A DNA stretch of 64,000 nt, taken from Methanocaldococcus sp. 28A. Its GTDB lineage: Archaea > AGJL01 > Methanococci > Methanococcales > Methanocaldococcaceae. Where the stretch lies: assembly GCA_049852185.1 (NCBI GenBank), contig CP187540.1. One strand, given 5' to 3'. Below the pieces are notes generated by a model that did no database searches, was not told where the DNA came from, and saw only the letters and a program-made list of their open reading frames with translations. Positions 9,964-20,750 of the stretch are shown piece after piece (the stretch's first letter is position 1; the number at the start of each line of letters is the position of its first letter). Made by a program: the position numbers and the translations under genes.

Positions 9964-11280
9964 TTATGGAGTCAATCTCTGTCTATCTCTTGGGAATAGG
10001 ACACACTCTCTAATGTTTTCTTGTTGAGTTAAAACCATAGTGAATCTATCAGCTCCTAAGCCCCATCCAGCGTGTGGTGGCATTCCATACTTAAATGCCT
10101 CTAAGTAGTAAGTAAATCCATCTGGGTTTAATCCCTTCTTCTTAATATTCTCAACTAATAAATCATAGAGAGGAATTCTTTGAGCTCCTGAAGAAATCTC
10201 TAAATCTTTATACATCAAATCAAAAGCCTTACATATATTTGGATTTTTCTCATCTGGCATTGTGTAAAATGGCCTTGTCTCTGTTGGCCAGTCAGTTATA
10301 AAGTAAAGTCCTCCCATCTCCTCTCCAATAGCTTTCTCTGCCTCTCTGCTCAAATCTTGTCCCCATTCTATTTCAACACCCTTTGCATTTGCAATATCGA
10401 TAGCTTCATCATAAGTGATTCTATCAAACTTTTTATCTGGAAGATTAAACTCTATTCCCAAAGTTTCAATCTCTTTTTTTCTGTTTTCATAAACATCTAC
10501 AAATGCGTTATAAACAACCTTTTCTAAGATATCCATAGCATCTTTATCATCAGCAAATGCCATTTCAATGTCTATTGATGTAGCCTCATTTAAATGTCTT
10601 CTTGTGTTGTGCTCTTCAGCTCTAAATATTGGGGCTATTTCAAATACTCTGTCTAATCCAGTAGCCATTAACATCTGCTTGTAAAGTTGAGGACTCTGAC
10701 CTAAAAATGCCTCTCTCTCAAAGTATGATATTGGGAAGAGCTCTGTCCCTCCTTCAGTACAACTTGCAACTAATTTTGGTGTATTTACTTCAATGAACCC
10801 TTCTTCATATAATGTTTTTCTTACAGATTTTAGCATTTCACTTCTAATCTTAAATATTGCTTGAATTTTTGGTCTCCTCAAATCTAAGAATCTGTTTTCT
10901 AATCTTGTATCTAACTCCGCTGGAACTTTTTCAGCTGGGTCTAAAGGTAGAGGTCTTAGGGCAGTGTTTAAAACTTCTAACTCTAATGGTAATATCTCAA
11001 ATCCATTTGGTGCTTTCTCGTTAGCTATAACTTTTCCCCTAACAGCTATAACATCTTCAGCTCCAAGCTTCTTTATTTGTTTAAATAATTCCTCTCCAAC
11101 TTTTTGTTTTGGTGCTACAATTTGGACAAAACCTTCTCTATCTCTTAATATAACGAATATAATCTTCCCTAAGGCTCTAATTGAATGAACCCAACCCATT
11201 ACAATAACTTCTTGTCCATCCATATCTGGTGTAAGTTCTGCTGAGTAATGGCTTCTTTTCCACTTCATTTTATTCACCAT
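9964..11280 (-). CDS. aspS: Aspartate--tRNA(Asp/Asn) ligase, archaeal non-discriminating type
   Basis: OB fold (GWVH, KAPNG with the His/Pro typical of ND enzymes), [28 protein letters not shown]. Confidence 0.97.
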   Translation of the reverse strand: MVNKMKWKRSHYSAELTPDMDGQEVIVMGWVHSIRALGKIIFVILRDREGFVQIVAPKQKVGEELFKQIKKLGAEDVIAVRGKVIANEKAPNGFEILPLELEVLNTALRPLPLDPAEKVPAELDTRLENRFLDLRRPKIQAIFKIRSEMLKSVRKTLYEEGFIEVNTPKLVASCTEGGTELFPISYFEREAFLGQSPQLYKQMLMATGLDRVFEIAPIFRAEEHNTRRHLNEATSIDIEMAFADDKDAMDILEKVVYNAFVDVYENRKKEIETLGIEFNLPDKKFDRITYDEAIDIANAKGVEIEWGQDLSREAEKAIGEEMGGLYFITDWPTETRPFYTMPDEKNPNICKAFDLMYKDLEISSGAQRIPLYDLLVENIKKKGLNPDGFTYYLEAFKYGMPPHAGWGLGADRFTMVLTQQENIRECVLFPRDRQRLTP

Positions 11281-11546
11281 TGTATTATGTGTTTTTTAAC
11301 AAAGTCTTACACAGTTCATAACTTTTATATATAATAAGGGGTTTTCTGATGTAGTCGAAGATAAACTAAATATAGAATAGATATTTAAAATATTTACCAT
11401 TTAAGAGAGGTATCGAAAAATTGAATTAGAAAGTCTAATAATACCGAATACACTCATTTATAATGTAATATAGCGTAAGGATAGTGCTATTGCATTTACT
11501 ATTTAGTGTCTATCGTTATAATTTTAGACGGTATAACAGTATCTAC

Positions 11547-11850
11547 ATGACAACTTTTCGCCCTAAAGGGCGGAGTTTCTTTAGGAGAGTGAAAGAATAA
11601 TCCTCACCCTCCACGGGTTACCAAGCCCACTATCCCTACTGTAGCGAAGCGAGGGCTACGAAACCTTGCGGATTTCATTTAATTCCTCTCTCGGGAATTC
11701 GGGACTACGCTAAATCTGCATTAATAACAGCTCCACACTCAGAACAAACATATAAATCTCTGTATTTCTTACGATTTCTTTATTACTCCACAAACACTGC
11801 ATTCCTCTAACTCTATATAATTGTCTCTTATCCATATCTTAACAGTATCA
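11547..11850 (-). mobile_element. Internally deleted IS200/IS605-type (tnpB) element with right end and omega-RNA region
   Basis: Minus strand 11705-11804 encodes frameshifted ECSVCG..K.NRKKYRDLYVCSECGAVINADL (TnpB Zn finger/RuvC end); then ~150 bp GC-rich tract, hairpin CGCCCTAAAGGGCG at 11559-11572 and terminal GTTGTCAT. Confidence 0.8.
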
Positions 11851-11954
11851 CAGTCACAACAGCATAAAAATAAAATTTTAATGATTTTACTTTAAATATT
11901 TATATTTCCTTAAAGAGGTAATTAGTGAAAGTTTTTAATATTCATTGTGAGATT

Positions 11955-12302
11955 ATGAAGATGGTTATAGTTATAAGAAATGATTTAGGTATGGGAAAAG
12001 GAAAAATGGTAGCCCAAGGAGGACATGCAATAATAGAAGCTTTCTTAAATGCTAAGAAGATGAATCCAAAAGCTGTTGAGGAATGGCTAAGAGAGGGGCA
12101 GAAAAAGGTCGTAGTTAAAGTAAATTCTGAAAAAGAGTTAATAGATATTTATAACAAAGCAAAAAGTGAAGGTTTGCCTTGTTCAATAATTAAAGATGCG
12201 GGACATACACAATTAGAGCCAGGAACTTTAACTGCTGTTGCAATAGGTCCAGAAAAGGATGAAAAGATAGATAAAATTACAGGACATTTAAAACTTTTAT
12301 AA
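11955..12302 (+). CDS. pth2: Peptidyl-tRNA hydrolase Pth2
   Basis: [40 protein letters not shown]. Confidence 0.97.
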   Translation: MKMVIVIRNDLGMGKGKMVAQGGHAIIEAFLNAKKMNPKAVEEWLREGQKKVVVKVNSEKELIDIYNKAKSEGLPCSIIKDAGHTQLEPGTLTAVAIGPEKDEKIDKITGHLKLL

Positions 12303-12329
12303 AAAAATTTATTCTTTATTTTACCTATT

Positions 12330-12998
12330 TTATTTATTTATTGCATGTTTAAATGCTTTAAATCCTCCTATTAATCTTTTAACATTAAAACCCAATAATT
12401 GTAAAATTAAAGCCATTGTTTGACTTCTCATTCCCCCTCTTGCACAGAAAACAATAATTAATTTATTTCTATCAAGTTTTTTTGCTTCATTTAAAATCCT
12501 TTTTAGTCCTTTTTCAATAATGTCTGTAGCTACATCTATAGCTTTATCTCTACCTTCCTGTTTATACACTCTTCCAATTAATTCATGTTCTTCATCTAAA
12601 AATAGAGGAATATTTATTGCTCCTGGGATTGTATCTTCCTTATATTCTCTTGGACTTCTTGTATCTACTATAACAACATCCTCTTTATTCATTAATTTCA
12701 AAAGGTCATTAACGGTTATAGTATTTTTAACAAACTCTCCACCAATTGACTTTAAAAACTTATCTATATTAATTCTTTCAAAGTATATATCATAGTTTTT
12801 AAATTTTTTTACACCTACCTTTTTATCATTTAAAAATTCTTTAGAAGTGTTTAATATAAAAGAAGCAAGTTCTCCCTCAATTTTTCCAGCTAATATTTTT
12901 TTACCATTTGTTATCATCTTCTTCCCATCATTTAGAACAATGCATAAAACAACATCTTCTGTAAATGTTATTAGCCGAGCTAAAATTTCCTCATCCAT
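12330..12998 (-). CDS. tRNA 2-selenouridine synthase, rhodanese subunit of bipartite SelU/YbbB
   Basis: [18 protein letters not shown] and active-site CARGGMRS; adjacent to P-loop half. Confidence 0.88.
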   Translation of the reverse strand: MDEEILARLITFTEDVVLCIVLNDGKKMITNGKKILAGKIEGELASFILNTSKEFLNDKKVGVKKFKNYDIYFERINIDKFLKSIGGEFVKNTITVNDLLKLMNKEDVVIVDTRSPREYKEDTIPGAINIPLFLDEEHELIGRVYKQEGRDKAIDVATDIIEKGLKRILNEAKKLDRNKLIIVFCARGGMRSQTMALILQLLGFNVKRLIGGFKAFKHAINK

Positions 12999-13008
12999 GT
13001 TTTATCCC

Positions 13009-13665
13009 TCAAATTATACAATGTTCTTTTAATTTTTCTTTGATGAATTCATCAATTATTTTAGCAGATTTTTTAACATCTTCATTGTAAATTACTAAAT
13101 CAGGTTTTATTTTCTTCACATTTCTCATATAATGCTCCCTATATAGTTTTTCTTCAATTAATTTTGCTGCTTCGTAGTATTTATCTTGTTTTATAAGTTC
13201 AATGATTTTTTCTACAGCTTCAATAATTTCTGGCTTTTTAAAACATTCCCTCAATATCAAAAATTTGTTTATCAAAATTTCTTTCTCTTTTTCATTTTTT
13301 GGCTTATAAATAGAGACTAATCTACTTATTTGACACTCATAAGGACAGTCAATTAAGATTTTGTAGGTATAGTTTTTAATATCCACCAACAATTCAGGAA
13401 TTTTTAATTTTTTCTCTCCACCAATCTTTCTTCCTTCATATTCAACCACTGCATAGCCTATTTGTTTAGCTTTTTCAATCTCTTTATTTATGAGCTCATC
13501 AAACTCTTCTTGGCTTCTCATACTTAAATGATATAAATCTCCCAAAATACTACCTCTTGTTCTTGCAATTTCTTCAATATCAATAACAGGATGGTGTTTT
13601 TTTAATTCTTGTAATATTTCTGTCTTTCCACAACCTGTTTTTCCAAATAATCCAAAGATAATCAT
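13009..13665 (-). CDS. tRNA 2-selenouridine synthase, P-loop subunit of bipartite SelU/YbbB
   Basis: GKTGCGKTEIL, IDIE..A.TRGSILG, SQEEF, EGRKIG; start 13665 follows GGTGA. Confidence 0.85.
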   Translation of the reverse strand: MIIFGLFGKTGCGKTEILQELKKHHPVIDIEEIARTRGSILGDLYHLSMRSQEEFDELINKEIEKAKQIGYAVVEYEGRKIGGEKKLKIPELLVDIKNYTYKILIDCPYECQISRLVSIYKPKNEKEKEILINKFLILRECFKKPEIIEAVEKIIELIKQDKYYEAAKLIEEKLYREHYMRNVKKIKPDLVIYNEDVKKSAKIIDEFIKEKLKEHCII

Positions 13666-13781
13666 AGTTTCACCGCTATATCTATCACACATTTTGGTAT
13701 AAATATGTTATTAAAAATATTGATAAATACAAATTATTGTTTTTGATATCATAACAATAACCAATCAAAAATAAAAATTTT

Positions 13782-14627
13782 CTAAATTAGTGGTTTTGGT
13801 TGATTATTATTTAATACGGGCAAATCTTCAATAGTTATCAATACATTATCTAAATCTTTAGCTCTTTCCAATAAAATCTCTTTTCCAAAATCAGATAAAG
13901 CAAATATTGGGATGGTTTTTCCTATTTGTGCTTTTATTTTGCCTTTCAATTTTTCTCTTAAAACCTTTGATGCACAGGCAGTTATTAAATCAAAGTATTT
14001 GGCTGTTTCTTCATTCTCTTCAATTCCTGTTGTATGAACACCAAAGGTTAATATTTTTATTTCATCATTTTCCAATGACTTGCAGCTCTTAGCATCTTCT
14101 ATGTTTGTTACAGTAACCGCTATCTTTTTATATCCCAGCTCAATAGCTTTTTTAACACCTTCAAATTGATTGATTTCAGCAGTTTTTTTATCTAAAACAA
14201 TACCTCCAGCTTTTTCAATCCTCTCTATGACCTCTGGAATTGGTGATGTCTCTATTATTCCAGAAATTCTCCCACAAAGGCCTTGAACTAATTTTGGATT
14301 TGCAGTTATAACAGTTCCAGCACAATCTGCTACTATAACAGCAACATCTATAGCTCTTCTCTTTAAAGCACTCATTAAAATCTCAGAAGCTCCAAATGGA
14401 ACTATATATTTGCTTTCTTCAACAATTCTATCTTTTGTGAATAATCCAAAGTCCTTTATCCTAAATTCTATATTTTCTTTTATGCTTTCTTTTGTTATTT
14501 CCTTTATTCCCCTATGTTTAGCAAATAATGGGCAGTATTTTATTTTTGGCTCTGTAATCTCAATAACTTTTCCATTTTCAACAATAATCTTCGCTTTTCC
14601 TAATGCTTCCATTACATGTCTATTCAT
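13782..14627 (-). CDS. Methanogenesis marker protein 8 (DUF2099)
   Basis: HVMEALGK, YCPLF, ADCAGTVI...VQGLCGRISG, GVHTTG, ACASK. Confidence 0.85.
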   Translation of the reverse strand: MNRHVMEALGKAKIIVENGKVIEITEPKIKYCPLFAKHRGIKEITKESIKENIEFRIKDFGLFTKDRIVEESKYIVPFGASEILMSALKRRAIDVAVIVADCAGTVITANPKLVQGLCGRISGIIETSPIPEVIERIEKAGGIVLDKKTAEINQFEGVKKAIELGYKKIAVTVTNIEDAKSCKSLENDEIKILTFGVHTTGIEENEETAKYFDLITACASKVLREKLKGKIKAQIGKTIPIFALSDFGKEILLERAKDLDNVLITIEDLPVLNNNQPKPLI

Positions 14628-14693
14628 CTATATCCCTCTCACTAAAGATTTAAATCTAAGGATAAAACTTAAGAAAAAATAAAAATAAATGTT

Positions 14694-15377
14694 TTAGTCT
14701 TTTAGATATTTTTCTAAGTAGTAATTAATTATCTCTTCTCCATTTAGATAAACTAAGTTATGTTTCTCAGCATATCTTTTTGTTTCATTTTTGCTCATAG
14801 CTTCTCCATTATCACCCATCATTTCACATATTGTAGTAATAGGCACTAAATTAGCCATCTCTGCCAATGCTACTGTCATCTCAGTATGCCCCTGCCTATT
14901 TTTAACTAAACCTTCAGCAGCTCTTAATAAAGTTACATGCCCTGGACTTCTGAATTCCTTTCCAAAATCATTAAATCTTTCTTCTTTAACCAATTCAGCT
15001 AATTTTTTTATAGTAAATGCTCTATCATTGTCTGTAATTCCCGTAAATGTCTTTCTGTGGTTTATTGTTATTGAAAATGATGATTTCTCATCGTAAGGGA
15101 TGTCGTCTGGATAAAGTTCTTCTAGAACTTTAAATTTTTGAGAAGCAAACTCTAATATATCAACCATAAATGGAATGCCTAATTTATTACATATATCTGG
15201 ATGAATAGCTGTGCAAATCAATCCTCCAGCATCTTTTCTCATTGTCCTTATATGCTCAGGTTTTATAAATTGAGAAGCAACAACCATATCAGTCTCTCCT
15301 TCTCTGTTATCTGAGTCATAAACTAAAATAATTTCCCCTCTTTTTAATGCTTCTATAGCTTTTTCTACATTATTCAT
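14694..15377 (-). CDS. ribB: 3,4-dihydroxy-2-butanone 4-phosphate synthase
   Basis: [36 protein letters not shown]. Confidence 0.97.
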   Translation of the reverse strand: MNNVEKAIEALKRGEIILVYDSDNREGETDMVVASQFIKPEHIRTMRKDAGGLICTAIHPDICNKLGIPFMVDILEFASQKFKVLEELYPDDIPYDEKSSFSITINHRKTFTGITDNDRAFTIKKLAELVKEERFNDFGKEFRSPGHVTLLRAAEGLVKNRQGHTEMTVALAEMANLVPITTICEMMGDNGEAMSKNETKRYAEKHNLVYLNGEEIINYYLEKYLKD

Positions 15378-15780
15378 CTTTATCTCCCTTAATTAGTATT
15401 TTTATAACATCTCCATCTTTTAAATTATATTGCTCCCTAAGTTTTATTGGAGCTACTATCTCTATAATGTCACTACTATGATATGTTTTTTTTGGCAATA
15501 CAATAGCCCCATCTATTTCTTTATTATTTATTAATATTTTTATTGGTAAAATTTTAACTCCAAAATATTTTTTGCCATCAAATTCAAAATCCTCTGTTTC
15601 AATATATTCAAATTTATTTATATCAAATTCTTTATTTAGCTTTAAATTTAACGTCCCTTCATAAGGTTCAAAGCCAAGAATATTTTTAAATGCCTCTTTG
15701 TATGGTAGAAGAGATAAGAAATATCTCCCTTCTCCTCGTCCAGGAACTACTCTACCTTCAATAATCATTAATTTCACCAA
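15370..15780 (-). CDS. ribK: CTP-dependent riboflavin kinase
   Basis: [29 protein letters not shown]. Confidence 0.93.
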   Translation of the reverse strand: MVKLMIIEGRVVPGRGEGRYFLSLLPYKEAFKNILGFEPYEGTLNLKLNKEFDINKFEYIETEDFEFDGKKYFGVKILPIKILINNKEIDGAIVLPKKTYHSSDIIEIVAPIKLREQYNLKDGDVIKILIKGDKDE

Positions 15781-15787
15781 AAAATAA

Positions 15788-17053
15788 TTAATTTGGTTTA
15801 TATTCTCCTAACAGTTTTAATGCTAAAACCCTTGCCCATGAAGCTTCCAATATAACACTCAACAGTATAGTTATAAATGTTCCAATAATTATTGTTCCTG
15901 CAATGTCTGATGGTGAAATATACTTTGTTATTGATGATGGAATCTTATCTGCATTCTTTAGAATCTCTATACCAACAGTAACTGCTAAAGCAGCTGGAAC
16001 TACTCCTCTTGGTCCTTCTAAAGCGAAATATAACTTTTCTTTAAATGAGTGTTTTGATTTTGCCAACCCAATAAAGACTCCGAGAGGTCTTGCTAAGAAT
16101 ATGGAACCAAGAGCTACTAACAAGCCTGGAACAAAATAGCTTTGTAACATACTCAACTTTATACATGCTCCTAAAAACACGAATATAAAGATTCTTGCTA
16201 ATAACGATAAATCGTCACAGAATCTAACGACATACTCATAACTCTCAGGTTTCTCAGCCATTTTAAATAGTGTATCTCCCAAACATAAAGCCATTATTGC
16301 AATAGCCATATAGCCGCTAAATCCATAACCAAAAATACTTGGTAATAAGTCATCTCCAACATATAAAATAAGCATAGCTCCTCCAAGAACTAATGGAGCT
16401 ACATATTCATGAAATTCGCAATATATGACTATTTTTTCATATATTTTAGCTAATAATACTCCAACAATAACAGCACCTCCAGCAAGTGTTATTAAATCAA
16501 TTACTGGATTTGTTGAGGATGACAAACCAATTAATCCTAAAACAACACTTGTCGAAACAATACCCAATGGGTCATTAAAAATACTTTCAGCTTCTAATGT
16601 TATAGCAACTTCTGGGTTGGTTTTAACCCTTGAAAACACTGGAATTAAGGTAGCAGGGTCGGTTGCTGAAGTTATTGCTCCGAATAAATACCCAATTGGA
16701 CAAGTGTATGGCAGATTTAAAACTATATTAAAAACCAGTCCTGAGACTAATAAAGTAACTAAGAAAGTTATTGTATCTAATCTTATAACCGTCTTTATAA
16801 CCCTTTTAAGTAATGAAATTCTCATTGTAAATGCTCCACCTAATAAAATAAATATTAGCCCTATAGGTCCAGCATATTCAAAAATTTTCATCGCTGATTC
16901 TGATGGAATTATCTGTAAAAAAGGTCCTATAATCAAACCTAACAATAATAATAATGGGATGTCTGGGATTTTTAACTTTTCTGCGATTTTTGCTACTAAA
17001 GAACCGAGGACTAAAGCTAACCCAAGATAACCAATAGCTATCATAAGCTCCAT
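15788..17053 (-). CDS. nhaP1: Na+/H+ antiporter NhaP1 (CPA1)
   Basis: [15 protein letters not shown] and [11 protein letters not shown] motifs; start [11 protein letters not shown] at 17053 behind GTGA. Confidence 0.93.
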   Translation of the reverse strand: MELMIAIGYLGLALVLGSLVAKIAEKLKIPDIPLLLLLGLIIGPFLQIIPSESAMKIFEYAGPIGLIFILLGGAFTMRISLLKRVIKTVIRLDTITFLVTLLVSGLVFNIVLNLPYTCPIGYLFGAITSATDPATLIPVFSRVKTNPEVAITLEAESIFNDPLGIVSTSVVLGLIGLSSSTNPVIDLITLAGGAVIVGVLLAKIYEKIVIYCEFHEYVAPLVLGGAMLILYVGDDLLPSIFGYGFSGYMAIAIMALCLGDTLFKMAEKPESYEYVVRFCDDLSLLARIFIFVFLGACIKLSMLQSYFVPGLLVALGSIFLARPLGVFIGLAKSKHSFKEKLYFALEGPRGVVPAALAVTVGIEILKNADKIPSSITKYISPSDIAGTIIIGTFITILLSVILEASWARVLALKLLGEYKPN

Positions 17054-17094
17054 GTTAATCACAAATAATAAAGTATTGTGTTTAAATTTAAATT

Positions 17095-17200
17095 TGTTAT
17101 ATCCCAAAAATATTTCGCACCTATGAGTAATAAAAAAGATAACATAAACAATAATAAACAATATGAGAAGAGTAAAACTTGACAATAAAAAGATTAAGTA
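17095..17200 (+). mobile_element. IS481-family (ISA0963-like) left-end fragment
   Basis: TIR TGTTATATCCCAAAAATATTTCGCACCTAT then start of transposase MRRVKLDNKKIK; matches copies ending at 19679 and starting at 62528. Confidence 0.8.
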
Positions 17201-17235
17201 TTATAATTAAGTATTATAAAATTATTTTAGAGTAT

Positions 17236-18390
17236 TTATTCTTCAGAATATGCAGTAGTTTGCAATATCGCAGTATCCAAACCTGTTTTTTCCTCTTCTT
17301 TACTAACTCTTAAACCAATTGTTAAATCTAATCCTTTATAAATAATTAACCCTCCAATAATTGCAATTAATGATATAACAACAGCACCAATTAATTGCCC
17401 AACAAATGAGACTTCAGCACCTTTTTTTAATAAGAATGGAATTCCTGCACATATTACTCCAATTAAACCACTCATAGCATGAACTGGACCTATAGCACAA
17501 ACATCATCAATCTTTAACTTCTCTTCAATAAACTTATATGTGAATGGTTGCTGAATTCCAGCCAACAAACCTACTATAAACGCTCCAATTGGTGTAAATA
17601 AATCTACTCCACTACAAACAGCTACTAAACCAGCACACATACCGTTAGCTGTGTAAAGAGGATCGTTTCTTGAACTTAAAGCTCCTCCTATGATACCTCC
17701 AGCTAAAGCCATTGTTGTTGCTAAAGCCACACTCGCCAACTCAACACCATTTGCTATGCCTGAAGCACTACCAATGTTAAATCCATACCATCCAAATGCC
17801 AAAATAAATGCCCCTAAAACAGCTATTGGTATATTGTGACCTGGAATTGCTTGTGGTTTTCCATTAACATATTTATCTAATCTTGGACCTAAAACATAAG
17901 CAGCCATTAAACCAACTAAACCTCCAAATAAATGGACTACTCCACTTCCAGCATAGTCGTGGTAGTTTATTCCTAAATTAGCAAAGCCTCCACCCCACGC
18001 CAGATGCTCGACAATTGGATATAAAATACCTCCTACAATTAAAGCTCCTATGAAATATGGAAGGATTCTTATTCTCTCAGCAACCCCTCCCGTTATAATT
18101 GTTACAGCTGCAGCTGCGAACATAACCATTTTCATAAAATGTGCTCCCAAATCAGCATTAAAGTTTCCAGTTATTAAAGGCATTATATTTTCTAAACCAT
18201 AAGAAATGCCATAACCAATAAATAAATATGCGATAAACACTGCCGCTAAATCTAACAACTTCAAAACACAATGATAAGCAACATTTTTAGCTCTAAACTG
18301 TCCAATCTCTAACGCAATAAACCCTGCTTTCATAAAAAATATTAACGATGCAGCCCACAAGAAGAAAAACACATCAACACTATTCATCAT
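17236..18390 (-). CDS. amtB: Ammonium transporter Amt
   Basis: GGVAERI, HDYAGSGVVH, GWYGFN, IDDV..IGPVH motifs; many TM helices. Confidence 0.96.
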   Translation of the reverse strand: MMNSVDVFFFLWAASLIFFMKAGFIALEIGQFRAKNVAYHCVLKLLDLAAVFIAYLFIGYGISYGLENIMPLITGNFNADLGAHFMKMVMFAAAAVTIITGGVAERIRILPYFIGALIVGGILYPIVEHLAWGGGFANLGINYHDYAGSGVVHLFGGLVGLMAAYVLGPRLDKYVNGKPQAIPGHNIPIAVLGAFILAFGWYGFNIGSASGIANGVELASVALATTMALAGGIIGGALSSRNDPLYTANGMCAGLVAVCSGVDLFTPIGAFIVGLLAGIQQPFTYKFIEEKLKIDDVCAIGPVHAMSGLIGVICAGIPFLLKKGAEVSFVGQLIGAVVISLIAIIGGLIIYKGLDLTIGLRVSKEEEKTGLDTAILQTTAYSEE

Positions 18391-18480
18391 ATCACCTCAA
18401 AGATTTGTAGGAATTCTTCTACCGAGCACCCATTTTCCTAATGCCTCTTAATGAATGAAATTATTTAAATATCTTACTAC

Positions 18481-18494
18481 GGAAGGAAATTTCC
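18481..18494. promoter_or_regulatory. NrpR nitrogen operator
   Basis: Perfect GGAA-N6-TTCC (GGAAGGAAATTTCC) between divergent amt and glnK, beside a TTTAAATA TATA element; imperfect GGAA-N6-TACC at 18410-18423. Confidence 0.85.
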
Positions 18495-18575
18495 TTCTTT
18501 ACATATAAGAGTTATGTTTCTTATTACCTTTTAGATAAAAATAAAAATAATTAAATAAAAAATTAAATAAAATAA

Positions 18576-18962
<387 letters not shown>

Positions 18963-19039
18963 TAAAGTACCTTACAACTTTGTTTAGATTTAACAATGTT
19001 TTCAAAAATTATCGAAGTTGTCAAAAAATATTAAACTAA

Positions 19040-19108
19040 CTAATAGTACGAATATAAACACCTAATGGTGTTAAAATTCTATTTAATATGTAATCTGCGA
19101 AAGTCCTA
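19040..19108. mobile_element. Partial MITE
   Basis: One TIR TGCGAAAGTCCTA and central hairpin AACACCTAATGGTGTT; other end not recognisable. Confidence 0.7.
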
Positions 19109-19269
19109 TTCTGGAAGTAATATAAAAAGCATATAAACGATAGTCCTCGACCTTTTTAGCATATTCTCCCCAAAATAAACTTTTGTTTCGAAAAATTATA
19201 ACATCTGATAAAAATAGATTATCATGAAATATTATAATAAAATATTTAAATATGCTTGCAAAAGTCCTA
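19109..19269 (-). mobile_element. Left-end fragment of the IS701-family element found intact at 49956-51090
   Basis: Reverse complement nearly identical to 49956-50116 including TIR and first codons MLKRSRTIVYMLFILL. Confidence 0.9.
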
Positions 19270-19270
19270 T

Positions 19271-19335
19271 AAGGAAAAAAATGATGCCAAAGGCATCAAA
19301 TTTCATTAATATTATTTATACCTAAGAGATTCCTA
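19271..19335. mobile_element. Partial MITE cut by the IS701 fragment
   Basis: Hairpin TGATGCCAAAGGCATCA and degenerate end GAGATTCCTA; internal sequence matches MITE at 62893-62986. Confidence 0.7.
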
Positions 19336-19679
19336 TTATACCTACGTTCGATAAAGTGTTCCAAATGAACAGGACCTATCCCTTTATATTTCTTGACTGC
19401 TTTGAGAACAATATCTACCTCATCCCAAGTAATTTCTTTTGGCTTCCAACTTCTACGCTTTATCTTCGGGATTTCTTCAGTCTCTCGAAATTCCTTCCAT
19501 ATCTGTTGAACTCTACGAGTGGATATTTCCAACTTCTTAGCAATATCTCTCGTTCTAAATCCCTTCTCCTTCCATCTAATAATTTTCTTAAATTTTCTTA
19601 ATCTTTTTATATTAACCTTATATTATTTATGTTATCTTTTTTATTACTCATAGGTGCGAAATATTTTTGGGATACCTCA
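19336..19679 (-). mobile_element. IS481-family (ISA0963-like) 5' remnant
   Basis: TIR at 19650-19679; HTH-type transposase fragment ISTRRVQQIWKEFRETEEIPKIK...KPKEI. Confidence 0.85.
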
Positions 19680-19808
19680 CCTAAATTAAAGGAAAAAGTT
19701 TTAAATATATTAGAAGAGTTAAGTAAATATTAATGAAGATATAACCAAATGACTGAAACTTCCTACTAACTTACTTAGTATTTATATGAATAAATAAAGT
19801 GGATTATA

Positions 19809-20750
19809 ATGAGTTTTGATGAACTATGTAATGAAATTATGCAAAAAAATGAAGATGCAAAGGATTTTGCTTATATATTAAAATTAGCTTATTTAAATGA
19901 ATTTAACAAATTTAAAAATATTAATTTTAAAAAATTAAATATTATTGAGAAAGATGATTTGCTCTTTTATGGGAAAAATTATCCATTATTTAAAACTTTG
20001 CTATTTTATAATGAAATTCCAGTATTTAGGAAAGAAAAAGAAAGCATTTTATTTTTAAAGAGTATTGGGCTATCTCCAACAAATAGTTTAAACTCTTTAA
20101 ACTATAATGAAAAAATAAGATTAGGAAATGAATTCATAAAAAAATGCATAACTATAGTTCCAAAAGAATATGTTAGATATATTCCTCATTTGATATTTGG
20201 AAAAGAATATTATTTTAAAGAAATGAATTTAAAAGAATATGTTTCTGCCTTAAATGGGATGTATAAAGTTGGTAAGAGGAAGAAAGTAAAAAAATTGATA
20301 ATTAATAAAGAATTACCTGATGATAGCGACATTAAAAAGTATAAGAAAAAATTGGCAAGGAAAATTATCTTATTTAAGAAAAAATTAGATAAATATGAAA
20401 TAAATTACTTTAATTTAAAATTTAATAACAAAAATTTTAAATGTCAATATATTTATATCAAACAGTCTATATGGGATAAAGTCCTTGGTTTGTTTGGAGA
20501 AGGAATTGAGCTAAAATATTATCCAACTTTGGTTAATATTGCCTATAATAATAAAAAGATAGATTTTCTAAAACCATTTTTTATATTTGTTAATAAGGGA
20601 AATATTTCAGTTTATGCAAAAATTCCAAAGCTAATTTATTTAAAAGATAATTTAAGCTTAAATCATTTAAATTTAAAAGGAAAATATGTATATTTTGGAA
20701 ATTGGGATAACGATAAATTTTATCAGCTTATAGAAAAGGGAAAATTATGA
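19809..20750 (+). CDS. Hypothetical basic protein
   Basis: 313-codon ORF with host-like codon usage and GTGG RBS; no motif recognised. Confidence 0.7.
   Translation: MSFDELCNEIMQKNEDAKDFAYILKLAYLNEFNKFKNINFKKLNIIEKDDLLFYGKNYPLFKTLLFYNEIPVFRKEKESILFLKSIGLSPTNSLNSLNYNEKIRLGNEFIKKCITIVPKEYVRYIPHLIFGKEYYFKEMNLKEYVSALNGMYKVGKRKKVKKLIINKELPDDSDIKKYKKKLARKIILFKKKLDKYEINYFNLKFNNKNFKCQYIYIKQSIWDKVLGLFGEGIELKYYPTLVNIAYNNKKIDFLKPFFIFVNKGNISVYAKIPKLIYLKDNLSLNHLNLKGKYVYFGNWDNDKFYQLIEKGKL

Noticed and set aside
17054-17185. 44-aa N-terminal extension of NhaP1 in the ORF track
   Set aside because: It reads through the antisense strand of an IS end; the conserved start is at 17053
19296-19601. ORFs 19296-19532 and 19356-19601 as genes
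   Set aside because: A transposase fragment running into a MITE, and its antisense shadow
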